64,000 bases of DNA from Phoronis australis (Eukaryota; Animalia; Phoronida), in contig NMRA01000628.1 in assembly GCA_002633005.1 (NCBI GenBank), positions 177,817 to 241,816 of the forward strand. Direction: 5' to 3'. Position numbers and translations under genes: made by a program. The number at the start of each line of letters is the position of its first letter. The first letter of the stretch is position 1. Positions 37,685 to 52,066 of the stretch are shown here, in pieces. The notes under the pieces were generated by a model. That model was not told where the DNA came from, ran no database searches, and saw only the letters and a program-made list of their open reading frames with translations.

Positions 37685-39570
37685 AATCTCTGAAAATACA
37701 CAAGTAAATCTCTAACTTTTAGTTTATCATATCCTGCATCAGCCGTGAATACTCTGAACAGAAACGTTCCACTTTGCAACATAATCTGCACTTTCATTAA
37801 GTGATTAAACATCTCGTTCATATACTGCGAACAACTCCTCCAGTGAGAGGGAAAGAGCCAATCAGGTAGCACGAGGCTTCTAATTGGCAATGAATGTCGG
37901 AATGCCTCTTCTTTTTCTGAATAATACCTTGCGGTAGGTTAACAATTCTCGCGTGTATATTTTGTTTACCTAGTATCACGGCAGAAATTGAAATTGATCT
38001 TTCCGCTCTAAGCGCAAACCCCGTGATCTGACATGCGTGTTAGAAAATAGTCTTGTACACACTCATGTATATGTATATTGCACATCACACAGAGAATGGC
38101 CCACGTTTTACTTAGCTCTGGCAGCGTAGCATGTTTGTCGATCGTCCTGCAGTCGTGATTGCCTAGCGAAGTATTTGGCGTTTTTTCAGTGTTTTGGGTG
38201 AGTATTATTCAAAATAACGACACGGCGAAACTGCCACCCACTCGAGATCTTACATAAAATAATACCAACGACTTCTCATTGACTGATTGGTCGATATGTT
38301 TGTTTAGCGAGTATAAGCGAGTTTGAAAGCGAAGTCTCTTATGAACTATCAACAGACGATAAAAATACGCTAAGGGTAATGACACAATACGGAGACGAGA
38401 TGACTCCAAACGCCAATTATTGGCACATGTATATTGTATATTTTTGTCTCGGCTCGAGTATTCAAACTGATCAAAATCATTTAAATGGCGAAGAAAATTG
38501 AACGGCTGCCAACCGATTCCGTCTGCGCACATTAAGTTCTAGTGTGTAACAGCTTTGAAAATTCAGTGTTTTTGGAGATTTGCGATTTTATTTCACATGG
38601 AGCAACAATTATGCATATACATCTACACTAGACTATGACAGAGCAAGTTTGGGAGGAAATCTCAAAACCTGATCCATTTCTTTTTGTATTTCTTCACATT
38701 TCTGAACGTGGCAAATGTAAATGCAACATTTTCAATGCACGATTTGACTACAGTAAAAGTAAGCAAGATTTAGCTCTAGACCCGACCAATGAAGAATAAG
38801 TGGCGCTCAGAAGGAAGAGCAGAATGAAACATAGGATTTCAGTTGGTGTAACATCGTGCGATGAAAGCAATGCCAAGTGATCATATACATTTTGATCAAT
38901 GGGCTTCATTTCTGGTGTTTTTCCTTACACGGAAAACTTTTAATCTCGATTAAAATGGTTCTCTGCCGAGCTATTCTTCAGCGGATTCACTAAATGTCGT
39001 CTTTTCTACATCACTGCTTGGCAGTTTTCGGTCTGCTGTCTCGCGGTCGAGCCGGTCGCGCCACCTGGCGACTAAGATTTCAGGTAAATCGTTGCCTACG
39101 GCATGAATTTTAATCAAAATCTACAAGGTGCGTGTTCACAAACTGGCAGGTTAGAGATTTGTGAGATCTCGCCAATGGATTAACGGATATTCGGTCCACA
39201 AGTTGCTAATTAACCAATGAAACGTATATATCCATCTACATATTCACACAACAGGTGGCGAAAAAAACACTTGTCACACAAACACCAAACTGTGGAAAGG
39301 TCACGTTTGTTTCTACATTAGATATTCTGGGCCCATTTGCATAAAATATATGTTATACGCCGTATAGCAACAATGACGTAGCTTTACCACGCATTAGGTT
39401 GTTATTGTTGAACAGTGCACCTGACGTCATGCAACAAACAAACTTATCCAGCGGATAATTTTGAAGTGTTATGAAACCCAGCGCTGATAGTCAGTGCCGC
39501 TATCCGAATTCATTAAATAGCTGGTGATTGTAAAGAGGACTGTATTTTTATTCACACTCTCACCTGCATG

Positions 39571-39828
39571 CATTCGCGAACCCAGTCTATAAAGTGGGAA
39601 CTCGAATTTTTAAGAATGTGGACCTTTTACTAAAAAAAACGGAGTACGTTCACAGCTGTTAATTCTACATTCGCTGAATGTAGGTACATGTAGTTACAGA
39701 CTTTTCAGTGGACTTTTGTCTCGTTTTATACTTTTTCGGAGTTTTCGGTTCTCTGAGGCGGAACTTTTTGCCCACTTCCAAAATAGGTTGCTAGTTAGAG
39801 ANCCCCCCCCCCCCTGCGTGTGCGCATG
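39571..39828 (+). mobile_element. MITE family A, copy 5
   Basis: Same interior; ends ...GTGTGCGCATG. Confidence 0.7.
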
Positions 39829-40075
39829 TAACATGTGCCTTATTTAAGGTCGTGCTATTATTGACAAAGTGCCTGTAGCTTGCTAAGAGCAAATAAACAT
39901 TCAAAGTAGATTTTGACGACTTCATCGCACACAGGTTCATGTTTGGTCTATCATAATACGCAGGTTTATGCATAGTCTAGTATGGAAGCCAATAGGTACT
40001 ATCGTCGTATCTTTTGCTTAACATTCAGTTGGCGCACGCACTTCAAATTCAATTGTACGCATAGGCGTCATTGGC

Positions 40076-40252
40076 CAACGTAGAAGGGCTGCTTGCGAGA
40101 ATGTGTCGCCTGCTGTATTTAATCACTTCCAGGACACAAATCACGAATCATAATACGTCAATGTCAAGATCCTGCACAGAGAAAAATGGCTTCAGAGAAG
40201 TGATAGGGAGGCTATGTTACTCAAATCACTCAATCCCTCACTTAACAAATAA
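40076..40252 (+). pseudogene. Penelope-like element GIY-YIG endonuclease C-terminal remnant
   Basis: Hand translation: QRRRAACENVSPAVFNHFQDTNHES*YVNVKILHREKWLQRSDREAMLLKSLNPSLNK*. Matches the Penelope pattern HRR...SAVxxH...H...NVKILxRE...EAIxI...PSLN. One internal stop. Confidence 0.75.
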
Positions 40253-41947
40253 CGTGGAGATCGGTTTAAAGTGTCGTCTGCTTAGGATGAGAGAGTTTAC
40301 GTGAGCTTGGTAACGAGATGATGTCGAGAGCCTGTGATAAAGCTAGAGACGACGGTTCCTGCTAATCTATAGCACCATCTTCCATCCGAAGGAAGCGTGA
40401 AGCCTCTTAGGTTCTAACAGATTAATTGTGTGAGTATTGATTAGCACACATAACGCAATTCGACATCAAATGAACTTAACTGGATAGCTCAACAACTACA
40501 CTTTATTATAACTCTCACTTTAGCATACCCACGATCTGTTCAAATGGTATTTTTGCGAGTTTTCGCGTTCCATGTCCCTTTTAAGTCAGCCAGCAAAAAT
40601 CAGCAGTTTTAGATTAAATAATAAAATTATTAACGATTGTGTGCTGGGTTTTCAGTAAAAAACCTGTCAGACGCAGGCGACCATAACCAAAGCATCAATA
40701 TCAACCTTCTATTAAACTTAGTGATGGGAGTTCCAAGCTGAATTTTGACACGACTCGGACATATTATGTGCTTATGTGTCCACCATCGGCTAGTAAATAT
40801 TGCTTGATAACTCGCAATGCTGAACTCTAATATTACCATGGTAACTGCAGCCATGGTAACGAAATTCAAACGCTCTTAGTTGTACAGCTAGTCTCTCAAT
40901 GGGTCCTGGTAAAAATATTAAAAATCTAGTTAACAAAGTCAAAAACTAAAATAATGAGCGAGAGACTATTCAATTATTAACGTTAGTAAATATTGCCCAG
41001 GTAACATGTCTTTACCATCAAAACCTTAATTACGAGACTAGTGGTGATTTGGCTGGGTGGGTATGAGAGAGAGACTGGGAAAGAATCAAGTTAAGTGTTA
41101 TGTTCCAATGCAAAAACTTAAAGGCAACGGATTGATTTACAGAAAATGAAGACGAATTTCCGCCGAAAAATACTCTGCGAAAGACCGCTTTAAGTTTGGA
41201 AGAGGCTCTTAAAACTCCCTCTAACCAAGTTGGCCAAGCATATGCTTTGCTAAATCTACGTTGAATTTCCATTGTATGGTCGTCCAAGAGATGAAAAAAA
41301 TATCCCTTAAAAGTATATTAAACCCTTATTAAATTATGAACAGATAATAATCCCGACAATAAACAGCTCAGGTGTACATTCCTGAAACTAAATGATTATC
41401 CTGTAATTTTCATCAATCTTAACCAGTTTTGCGAAAGGTTGTAAATATTTTATTAGTGTCTGCTATATGTAGATAACCAAGTATATCTAACGCTTGGGGC
41501 GAGTAGAAAGATTGATGACGAAGCAAACGGTCCACTTTACGTCACTACATTTTAGAAATTCACAGTGAGTCCTTCGGAAGTTTCTTCAGTTTTAGTTCTG
41601 TTGAAAATTCAAGATGCTCATCTTGGATTGAACTCTCCTCTTTGGTGGAGACAGAAAAATACATTAAACGACATAACTATATTTCAAAATGATTTGTGTA
41701 ACAAGGAAAGGATATCCAGCCCAGATTTTTGCCCTTTTGACCGATTTCTTGAATTTAAAATAAGTTTCCCTGCATTACGATGTTGAATTGTCCAACAGAA
41801 CAAGTGCCTGAGGCGTGTGTTGCATTGTGGGTAAATCTATAATAGAGAATGCTGGAACAAGTATGAACTGCCTCCCGTTCAGTAACACTAGAACCTCGCT
41901 AAAAAGCAAGACTTCGCGAGAACACGTGACTTTGACTAGGTTTTAGC

Positions 41948-42418
41948 TAGGTCCTAGCGTAGGTACTAGCGTCTACTGAACGCACGCCCGGACTGCCAGG
42001 CAATCACCTGGTGGCAAGACGGTCTCGTCCATTGGTGGGCTCATCTAGAACTCAATGCTACAAAACAGGTTGTAGAAGCCGACATTTAGTGTGTCCTCCA
42101 ACGAAGAGTAAGGCAAAGAAACAATTTAAGGGAACTTGGAATAGCAGAGTAAGTTATTAGCAGAAATGGTCAGTTCAATACCTGTGTATGCTTTTGATGT
42201 TCGATACTACATCATCGGATGATGTAATGTCTTTTCTTCTTAAAGTACCGCGCCTGATTGCACGTGGAGATAATCTGATCGGATCTGAGTATAAAAATGT
42301 AATACACGCTTGATTTGGCTTACGAAGTACGGTATGTACTCGCTCTGAAGACATTAGTTCAGTATTCGTATACGGCAGGTCCTAGCGTAGGTCCTAGCGT
42401 CTACTGAACGCACGCCTG
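41948..42418 (+). repeat. Direct repeat of ~42 bp (41948-41990 and 42377-42418)
   Basis: AGGTCCTAGCGTAGGT(A/C)CTAGCGTCTACTGAACGCACGCC twice; likely MITE ends. Confidence 0.75.
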
Positions 42419-44798
42419 GTCAATGTCGGAATTTCACGTTGGAAGATCATAACTAGAAGAAAGTGCAGCTTTACGGGAGATCATGACTTGAAATTATTTG
42501 AAAGCACTAATGATCAAGATGTCTCTGAAATTTACATAAGCCCAATCGGAAACATATTTTCCAACTATCCACGTCAATGTAATTACTTCAAGATCACCTG
42601 CCTTTTTCAATATTTACGTATAAACTGGTAACTTGTTACGTACATCTGTGAGAATGAAAATCGAAATCTTGTCAGTGATGTCGTCACCTGTCCACTCTAA
42701 TGATGCACACTATTCTAAAATACGATTGTGATACAGGGTGACCCAAAAACTGGTCCGATTGAAAGCGATTTTCGACATTTCCTGCTTGATCAAAAATATT
42801 CCCATTATGTACTGGCAAAATATTCCAAATTTTAATCGTTGGTATAAGAATAGTCTTCATATATAACACAATATGCAATGAATTAAGGACATCTCCAACC
42901 TTATTCATAAAAATTGGCCATTTTTCAATATTTCACGTGTCTAGCAAAATACCAAATCTTCATTCTCGGGGAACTTCAAATACAAATAGATACCGCGTAG
43001 CGAGAAAAAAAGATTTAGCAGAACCTCACATTCGTGTGGATATTTGTTTACTAATTATCCAAGGTCAAAGGTTAAAGGGCTTTCAATCAAATCTAATCTC
43101 CCGCCAGGCACAAAACAGCTTCGTATACCCTCAGTCCTTTCATTCATAAAGTCGCCATAACATTGAGTCAACTTATGATAGAGTGGCCCCGGGGAAAACA
43201 GAGACAAAACATAGTTTTGAGCATCAAGGGAGTTGTGCGTCTACGTGCATACGACTGTTGGCGTTGAAAACGACTGCTACCAGTCGCCCCAGGCTTCTGT
43301 GGTCATGAACACAGCAAGTTGTGAAAAGATAAATCCATACCCTAATTAATGAATTCAATTAATAAGTTGATATTTCGATATTTCGATCTCATGCTAACGA
43401 CATACTTTAACCACCGATTCGATTTTTGTTATACATTTCTTACTTGGTTTCGTATCAGTCCTCAGCACGTGACGTGAACAGGCTAACAGTGAACTGTGAC
43501 CTACTTAGAAAGTAGGTCGTAAACAACAGTAAAAGTTAATTGGGAACGATACGTCTATTTGAGGTTTCAATGATAATTAATTTAATTATGCACCGCAAAA
43601 TCAGTTGACATTGCGAGTGAACGTTGAAATAGCTATATGTTATGTGTACCGAAAACAAGTTTTCACCGAATAATTAACCGGAGACTGAGATTTTCACTCG
43701 TCCCAGTTTAATCGGCTTTTTCTCGGCTTTGGCAAATCGACTTTATTTGAACTTAGGAACACTAACTAGTTCTCGAAAACGGTTTGGTGGACTTCGCTGA
43801 AACTTTCCCAAACTTAATATTTAGTCATCAGTCTCAAAACTCTATTAAGAGTTTTGATATAAAGGTCTAGTTTTTGCGCAATGTGACAAAGACGAATACG
43901 ATTTCGTTTTTTGCAAAAAACCTTACTTTTTCGGAGTTGATTTGTCATAAAAACCAAACAAACAGACTAATTGAAAATTTCAACAAGCATTTTGAAGTAA
44001 CTGGTGAAGATTTCATTTAAAAAGGTTTCATTAAAATCGACCGAGGCGTTATTTTGCTATGAATGAATCTTTCTTAAAATATAATTTTGACTTAAAAAGG
44101 TTTATACTTCAAAAAATAACGGAATGTAAATACAAAAAGAATTTTTATATTTCCTGGTCTTTGTTCTTTCAGAAAATATATACTTTTAGTAGTTGACAAA
44201 GCTTACTCTTTGGATATACGAGTCAGAATGGAGGCCACTAAATAAGGTTTTAGATAACCTTAACGACAGCATCGCCGCACAATAAATGCTAGAATTTCCT
44301 TTGTTTTGTATTTATAGGGCACAAAATGAACTTGTACAATCTGGAATGTTATTAAAACAGGAACAATTCGCACAAATCGGAATGCGAGTGTTCGCTATCC
44401 ATTTCTCTTAAGTTTATAAAGTGTTAAGTTTGGTGGAATTCACTTCCACGGCTAATCACGTGTTGCCAAACTGGAGAAACAAAATATGTGTATGCGCATG
44501 TTGTACAATAAGTGATGTTTTTTTGGAAAGAGCATCGGCTGGGAAGCAGCATTGACTCAATTATTATACATTAAGGTTCGTTTTCTAATACTTCAACTGA
44601 AATGAATCTGCTAATATTTTAGTTCACGTCACGTCTGGAAACGGCCATGACATTCAAAGCACCTGACTGCGCTAGAAGGGCTCGATCAAAACCGCATACA
44701 TGCGAGCGCTTCATCAAATAGTTATGCAAAGTAATTAATACATGATCTCCCAAGTCACGAACATGGAAGCTTGAATCAGGATCCAATTATCCTGACAC

Positions 44799-45723
44799 AA
44801 TTCAAGCAAATCCTAGTTAACACATGAAACCTCTGCAGCGAAGGCCAGATATCGGTTTTGACCTAGACGTACTGATACAGCGTTCGCAAGCCGTTTTATC
44901 AGACTGCAGGTGGGATATCTGTTCCGTCGTCTGGAAAATAACATGCGGCCTATCGTCAGGTGTTTTTTTTAAACTTTTTCATCGTCAGTCCTCAAATCAG
45001 ATCACCTACTTGATTTTCTAAACGTAGAAGGCTACATGTACATTGCAATGACGGTTTTGGCAAGGAACTGTTATCCCAACTGATTGCTTGTGATTGGTCA
45101 AAATATCGGCATTATGCACCTCAGTGATATGCAAATTGACACAGATAATCAGAAGCAGGATTAAAGCGTCTGGTGTGTCAGCAACTGAACGCAGTATTAG
45201 TTTTTAGATGCACGTAGGCATACATGTACGCAAGGTGAATCCAGATTTGGGTTAAAGGAGTACATGTATATGTATGTACCCAAGTTCATTACGCTCTTGC
45301 CTACTAGACTGTCAAAAAGTGTGCTTTTAATTGCCAATGAACCACTGTTGATTTGTTACAACAAAACAATATTTAAGAATAGTTAAATATATCAATCATT
45401 TATCCTCCGCACTTTGGGACTAATGTTGGATGGGATAGAATCCTTGAAGTTATTATTATTGGAGGATGGGATAGACTTCTTGAAGTTATAATTATTGTTG
45501 GATGGGATAAGAATTTTTAAGTTGTTACCTTTGACTTGGGCTTTAAGCCGTTTTGTTTTTGGGATTTTGTTACAATTTTGCCAATTCTAGCCGATGAATG
45601 CTTGACATTCGCTGAAATCAAGGTCGTTGAATACGCTGTATCAGTACGTCTACATGTAGGTCAAAACCAATATCCGGCCTTCGCTGCACAGGTTTCATGT
45701 GTTAACTAGGATTTGCTTGAATT
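44799..45723. mobile_element. Foldback/MITE with ~86-bp inverted arms
   Basis: AATTCAAGCAAATCCTAGTTAACACATGAAACC...GATACAGCGT (44799-44884) is inverted at 45633-45723. Contains 3 x ~36-bp tandem units (GGATGGGATAG...AAGTT) at 45424-45525. No clear TSD. Confidence 0.75.
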
Positions 45724-46837
45724 CTGCCATGCATCCCGAGTGAAAAAAACGGAATAGTAAGAACGTACATGTACGCTCTAAATAGTCAAGTCTCGTTTAC
45801 TACAATACAATGTGTTAAGTTTGGTTGTGTTCCATATATGTGTCGGTAGGGTGTGGGTTGGTGTCCCGATATTCTTAGCTGTGTCATTGAACTCTTGCAA
45901 TGGGGTGCAAACTTTCGCACGTGACCTTTGTATTACATTATTAGAGCTTGTGATCACGAGACTAGCCGAATTGAGAATTTTTGGCTGTCTGCTCGACCGA
46001 GTTTTGATCGAGAGTTGTAGTTATCAAATAAAGCCTAATTTCCTCGCTTTATTTTCATTTTGTCAACCAAGACTCTTGAGGTACGGTTCTATACAATCAG
46101 CGATTTCTCTGAAAATCAGTCAATAAACTCGACATTTACACTACTCATTATTTATACATGTACAGTACATGTAGACACCGACTTGTTGCCCTGAGTGGAT
46201 GCCGGCAGCAGTTTGGCCTATAACTCTTCAGTTCCACTCGTAGAACCACTTTCGACAACCTTCCATACTACAATGATGCCTGGAGTTTTGCAACAAGAAT
46301 TTTTAGGTGTTAAAATTACAGCATTTTACGCAATTACTGTTTTCTATTGTTTCTATAATTCATTTGTGTAATGTTTATAGGTTGCCCAGATGCAGTTTTT
46401 TGTTAATTCGATTTCAGTGAATTAGGCCAAATGTTTTCTGTTGTATTTACGAATACCAGTGAATCAAAGTTTTAAAAAATGAAAAGTTTGCCTTATAAGC
46501 GAAGCCAATCCAGTGCTTCCTGATGCTGATACCGTACACTGTATATGGTTATTGCCCCACTCTTGACGGTCTGAACTACTTTTTTGAAATGTTTTACGCC
46601 ATCCCGCCACACCATCGAAAAGTCCTGCTTTTTGCAGTAGGGCCAAAATACACATTATCATGTATACTATTGCAATTTTCCACGCTATATCGCCATATTT
46701 TCCAGTTCAACTAAAAAGAAAAAAAATCGGAACGTTTCATGGGTTTTTGCGGCCCACGCAATTTCCTATTTAAAGAAAAAACGCATTCTCGGGTGTTACA
46801 TCTCCCGTTTGACAAAAACGCTGTCGGTACATCTCAT

Positions 46838-47077
46838 CAGCGCACCCGGCCCAAAACATGGGGAGCTCGAATTTTGGGAATGCGGACATTTTACAGGGTA
46901 CGTTCGGAACTATAAAAAGAGCATTCACCGAATTTTATAGTTTCTATCTTTTTAGTTGAATTTTGTCTCGTTTCCTACTTTATTGAAGCTTTTGTCTCTC
47001 TGAGGAGGACCCTTTTTCCCACTTCATCAGATGGGGGGTGACTCGAGCCTCCCGAGCCCCCCTTGGTACATCTGCGT
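46838..47077 (+). mobile_element. MITE family A, copy 6 (diverged)
   Basis: GCGCACCCGG...CTCGAATTTTGGGAATGCGGACATTTTAC...CTGAGGAGGACCCTTTTTCCCACTT. Confidence 0.6.
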
Positions 47078-48296
47078 GTGTTGCTGAAAACACTTCACAC
47101 TTACATTTTGGATTAGACCCAGAAATCCCGCTTTTCAATCCTGTTATTCCGATTTTTCGTTCTTTAATGTTGACCGGGAAAGCAACGCAACAGGTATTCA
47201 AAATAACATTGTCTCTTTTTATGAGTAATGTTATTTTCCAGTTTTCAGTTTCTTTACTAACATAACAATCGTAAAAATGTCTTCCGTTGCCTCTTGCTTA
47301 CCGTAACTGTACACTTTATGTATCAGGATCATTAACTTTTACTTTCTAGAGAAAACAGTTTATTTCTTAACTTTTATATGAAGCCCTACACTGCAGTCAA
47401 TGTCATGACCTATCCACAGTGAATTTCAAAGCTACAAGACGTTTGTCCATTTTATATCTATCAGAAAACCCATCTCTGCAATATAGTTAGATACTCGGGG
47501 TATTTTATAGTGTTTTTCGTAAACATTGTAACTGCATTCGGAATTTTTACCGAAGAACGCATCAAATGGCACCAAAGGTCCAATTAAGTATAATATATAC
47601 ACATGTATAAGTTTGGATGAACGCCTGATAAAATTACCCATTGCAAGTGCGGGGATTTTATATTCTAAAACTCTTCCCTTAAAACGGTAGAAATCTTTTG
47701 AATCGTTGAAATTAATTCCCAAATTGCTTAACTAATCATTTAATACAACTTCTCTGGTTCATTTCCTTGGTTATGTTACTACATGTATTACTCGCTGTTA
47801 TTTTTTGCATTTTGGTAGCACTCCTGATATTTGGATATACATGTAAATAATATTTTAAACCAGTCAGGTAATGACTTAGGAATTAAATTATTTAACATCC
47901 TTTGCTTAAGCTATAATCATAAAGATTTGGCAAAGGGCTTCTAATGATACAGGTATTGCTCTTGTGTAATTCGGTTGAAAAACGGCGAAGTTGCGAAAAG
48001 TTTAATGACAGTGAATTCCATAGGAATTACACAGACACCGGAACAAACAAATGCAAACAACCCTCGTGCAGGCTCGGCGCAACCTCAGCGGCCGCAAGAT
48101 CAAAGTTGACATTCAAAGGGCTAGAGGTCTATGGCTGTATGTACTTCGAAGATATTTTATTCAGATGGTCATGCTGCATAAACTGAATATTTCAAAGTCC
48201 AACAGCCCTTCAATGTACAATACCTAAACTAACAAACCTTCACACAGTCCACTGTATGCCTTCGAACGAAAGGTCATGAACCTTCAAATACATATG

Positions 48297-48882
48297 AAGG
48301 GTGTCCCAAAATTTCACACACAAAATGAACGAATACAAGAAAATAACTTAGTTCATCTGGTAGTCATATTCTTGGAACCTCATTTTGCTCTGTTAGAAGT
48401 TGATCCTAACAGCATATACATTTCATATGTTTAGTTTTTCAACTTCATTCTCTTAAAATATTCCTACGCGCCACAACATGAACACGGCTCTTTCAACTAG
48501 CACAGCTTTTGTTGAATTTTAATGCATTTTCCACCGGTGAACAGTATGTCTTGGTCGCCATCACAGCGTTAGACAGCGTGTGGCAAGGTTTTAGGTTCGA
48601 TTCCGCACTGATGAGTGTCTCAGATAAGAGCATTTCTTTTCAATAGTGCAATTTTTAATTTGAAAATCAGTTTTGCTGAACAAATTGTGGGTATGCACAC
48701 TTCTGTCTGTACAAAAACCGAATATTTTTTTTGTTTTCTGCAGTAGTATTCAACTGCGACATGTTTGTCCAACTTCTACAAATTGTCGAACTAACTTTGG
48801 GTTTCCTGTAAGAAGAATAACACCGTTAGTTTACAGTAAATCTATATCCTGGATACTTCACGGGAATTTTTGAGACAGCCTT
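48297..48882. mobile_element. Degenerate Tc1/mariner-like MITE (tentative)
   Basis: AAGGGTGTCCCAAAATT vs AATTTTTGAGACAGCCTT. A similar end TA|CAGGGTGACCCAAAAA lies at ~42732. Confidence 0.35.
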
Positions 48883-51822
48883 TGTCTTTATGCAGATATA
48901 GTGTATGTATGTAACAATGTCCATCATAACCTTATGTGGCGGTAAATACTACATCCAAACGGGTAATTCGATAGTGAGGGAACAACAAGTTCAGTCACTG
49001 ATTCTCCAGCTCAGATTCTACCACGCATATTTTATGATGACTGGACGAAGTCGTGACTTTGAGAACGTGAACACGCCCATTGGCAGCAGAGTGATTAAAA
49101 TCCAGGCTAATACACAGCGCATCATAACATACAATGTTACGTAACCTCAGAATCACCTCATTTATGAAGTTGGACTATGAAAGCGAAGAACTTTTGAGAA
49201 ACACATTTCTGTTTCATTACTTCCAAATGTTACGCCAAGAATAATTGGGCAAAAGAACTTCCTGCCGAAGTAAACCTACGCATGGCATTGACCGTTCTTG
49301 GCTACTGTTGCTATGCGATAGAAATACTGAGGTTTGCAATAGGCAAGCGAGCAGAGAAGGTTAATTGTTGCCAGATAGGCAGAATTCAAATAATAACAGC
49401 ATTCCGATCAGTGACTGCAAGGTACTGAAAAATACTTTATGTGGCCAACATTTTCATATGTACTGCACGATTCATTTCAGAAGCATTACATAAAAACACC
49501 CAACTAAACCAGGTGAAAACCGGCGAAGGAATTCTGCAGATCTCGGTATTCGTTAAACACAAGGATAGTTTAAGTGGGAGACGAAATATTCATGGAAAGT
49601 CTCTACAAATGTGTGTAAATTTTTGTCTAAATAGTTTAGCACCACTTGTAGGTATTCAAATAATCCAGAGGTCAACAACAATCGCTGCAAATGAAAAGTA
49701 TGCCACAAAACTAAGACAAACAGACAAAATCTAAGTCAGTGGCCAGGGTCAGGTTTCTTAAAGATATTAATGGCTTTCATATTTTGATATGAGCCAGAGG
49801 TTAGACAACGCATAGCCAAAAATATTTTTGTCTTTTGCGTTTGTCTGTTTTGTGCTTTGTCTATTCGAGGAGATGACAGATTTCTGTCTTTTGTCATGAG
49901 TTGTAAACAATTGTTCTGTATTTCAGTCTTACCCTAATGTTCATGAAACAGGTTAGGCCATCCACAAACAGATATATGGCCGGAAGTCAAAAGACAAAAA
50001 GTCGATAGATTCTTTGAGAAACGGGCATTTGATAAGAAGGAAACATGATAAAAATATACATTCATGGCAAACAGTGACACCAAACAGAAAAACAAAACAA
50101 ATAAATGGAAAAACAATATGTACATTTTACTTGTTTGCAATCCATACCTTGACTCAGCGATCAGATCAACCGTATCAAGCACAGCCATTTACATAAACTC
50201 GAACGTTAACCCGAGAAGGTGGATGTGAATTCCGAAGGTTTATCAGACCAATAAAATTCAAGGTTGCCATGGTATCAGGCTCAAATCGCCATGCTTTTCT
50301 GCCCAATAGGCGCTGACTTTGTCCTTCACGCACACGCATTCTGAAAGCAATTTCGCGACGTCCGGTCAAGAGTCTAGCGTGGGTGTTCTACATGTATGTA
50401 CATGTGCAGTAGGGGTTGGTTTCCTTCTTTGCAGTTCAGGGACTTGATGTAATCGTCTCGACGGAGTCGCACAAACTTTTCGAAGCGTGGGTTACACTGA
50501 GTATCACTGTTTGACAATTCCTGGCAACCAGTGGTTGGCAGCATCCTAATTACTTATTGCTGATTGCCAAATGGGTTGCTTGATTGGGTTGAAAAGTAGG
50601 GTGCATTCCATACACCATAGGAAGTCGCGAAGACATGAGACAACTCCTACGCTAACATTTTTTTGATTTTATTACCCCAACGCCTAAGCGATTTTAAACC
50701 AGACTGTGACTTCCAATCCTTCCTAATCCATTCACAAATTAATGTGCTTGGCTTTAGCCGCGCTTCGAAAGAAAACTTAATGGCTAATTTCTCTTGAAAT
50801 GCATCGAATTTTAAATTTCATAGACGGCTAACAATCACTTTTCAACTTTAAAAATAGTCATGTTGAACTTATTGTTCGTTTTTTTTCCTTGACCTTTAAA
50901 CAGGTAGGCTAGGCAAGCACGTTTGTTACGTCCGCAGTTACCTTTTCCAAAACACATTCGGCCATGCCCATGAATAGCGAGCTACACATTAGCTCACTAC
51001 AATCTGTGGCGTCCCCATAACCCTCTGATGAGCCGAGGAATTCGCTGGATACTCTGGGGTGAACAGTGCACGCTTTCACGTCCACTTCCGTTCAAATTCT
51101 GTTAGCCTTATGAAGCATGATCACGCAAGACTATCCAGGATCATGAAACATTCTCGAGTATGTCAGTAATCTTACTAGCGAACCTTTGCGAAATGGTGAC
51201 TACTCAAGTAATAGGTCCGTAAGACTGGAGTGATCATTCACCAGTTCAGCTGTAAAAGAGAAGTTATCATGTTCCCAACCCCTCTGGTATTAAAGGTATT
51301 TTAAACTCCAGTCCCGTAGCTAATGCGCGCATCAACCCGGAAAGCCTAAGGGCAATTTCGTCGCATCACATTCCCTCGGAAGTGTTTCGTTTCTGGGCAC
51401 GTGAGAACTTCACTCTTATGCAATGAATCATGTGATTTTCACAGTGGAGACCTGTTGGACAGACAACCTCCTCTCCAAACCTTAAGATTTTAATATGAAA
51501 GCAGGGTGATTTTTATGATGCTTTAAAGAAAATAAGTACGGGAAGTATTTTATTTCAAACAATAACCAAAGCAATGTCTTCAGCTTCCGAGTCACGAATG
51601 GTAACCTTTGATAATAATTAAAATCTGCCTTTGGGCCTGCTTTAGTTCCTGGAAAAATACTCAAATTTATCTCATCAAACAAGTAAGGACAAGAAACTTC
51701 AAAAACCTCGTATTTAAGTATTCAGAAATTCTAGTGCTTGAAGCGTTCTTGTCTCGCTTTCGCCAGTGAACGTTGTCTACGGCCAATCGGGCGGTGCGCA
51801 GATCAGTGGTATATCTCCTCAC

Positions 51823-52026
51823 CCTCGCTGGTTCCATGCGTGTCTTCTTGGGGGTACAAGACACGCAGGTATCATTTAGTTCCCCTCGAAAAATTTTTTT
51901 ACACCGACGTTTATGATCGGCTGGTCGAATTGTCAGCAAGAAGTGTTCGCTGTGGAAATGGTGACTTATAAGTCCACTAAAGTTCCGGCTGGGTAGCAAT
52001 TGCTTCAGGTCACTAAAATAAATGAA

Positions 52027-52066
<40 letters not shown>

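Noticed and set aside
37263-37715. 150-aa plus-strand ORF
   Set aside because: Antisense shadow of the synaptotagmin exon.
39057-39070. CTCF-like motif CGCCACCTGGCG upstream of the gene
   Set aside because: A single short match with no supporting evidence.
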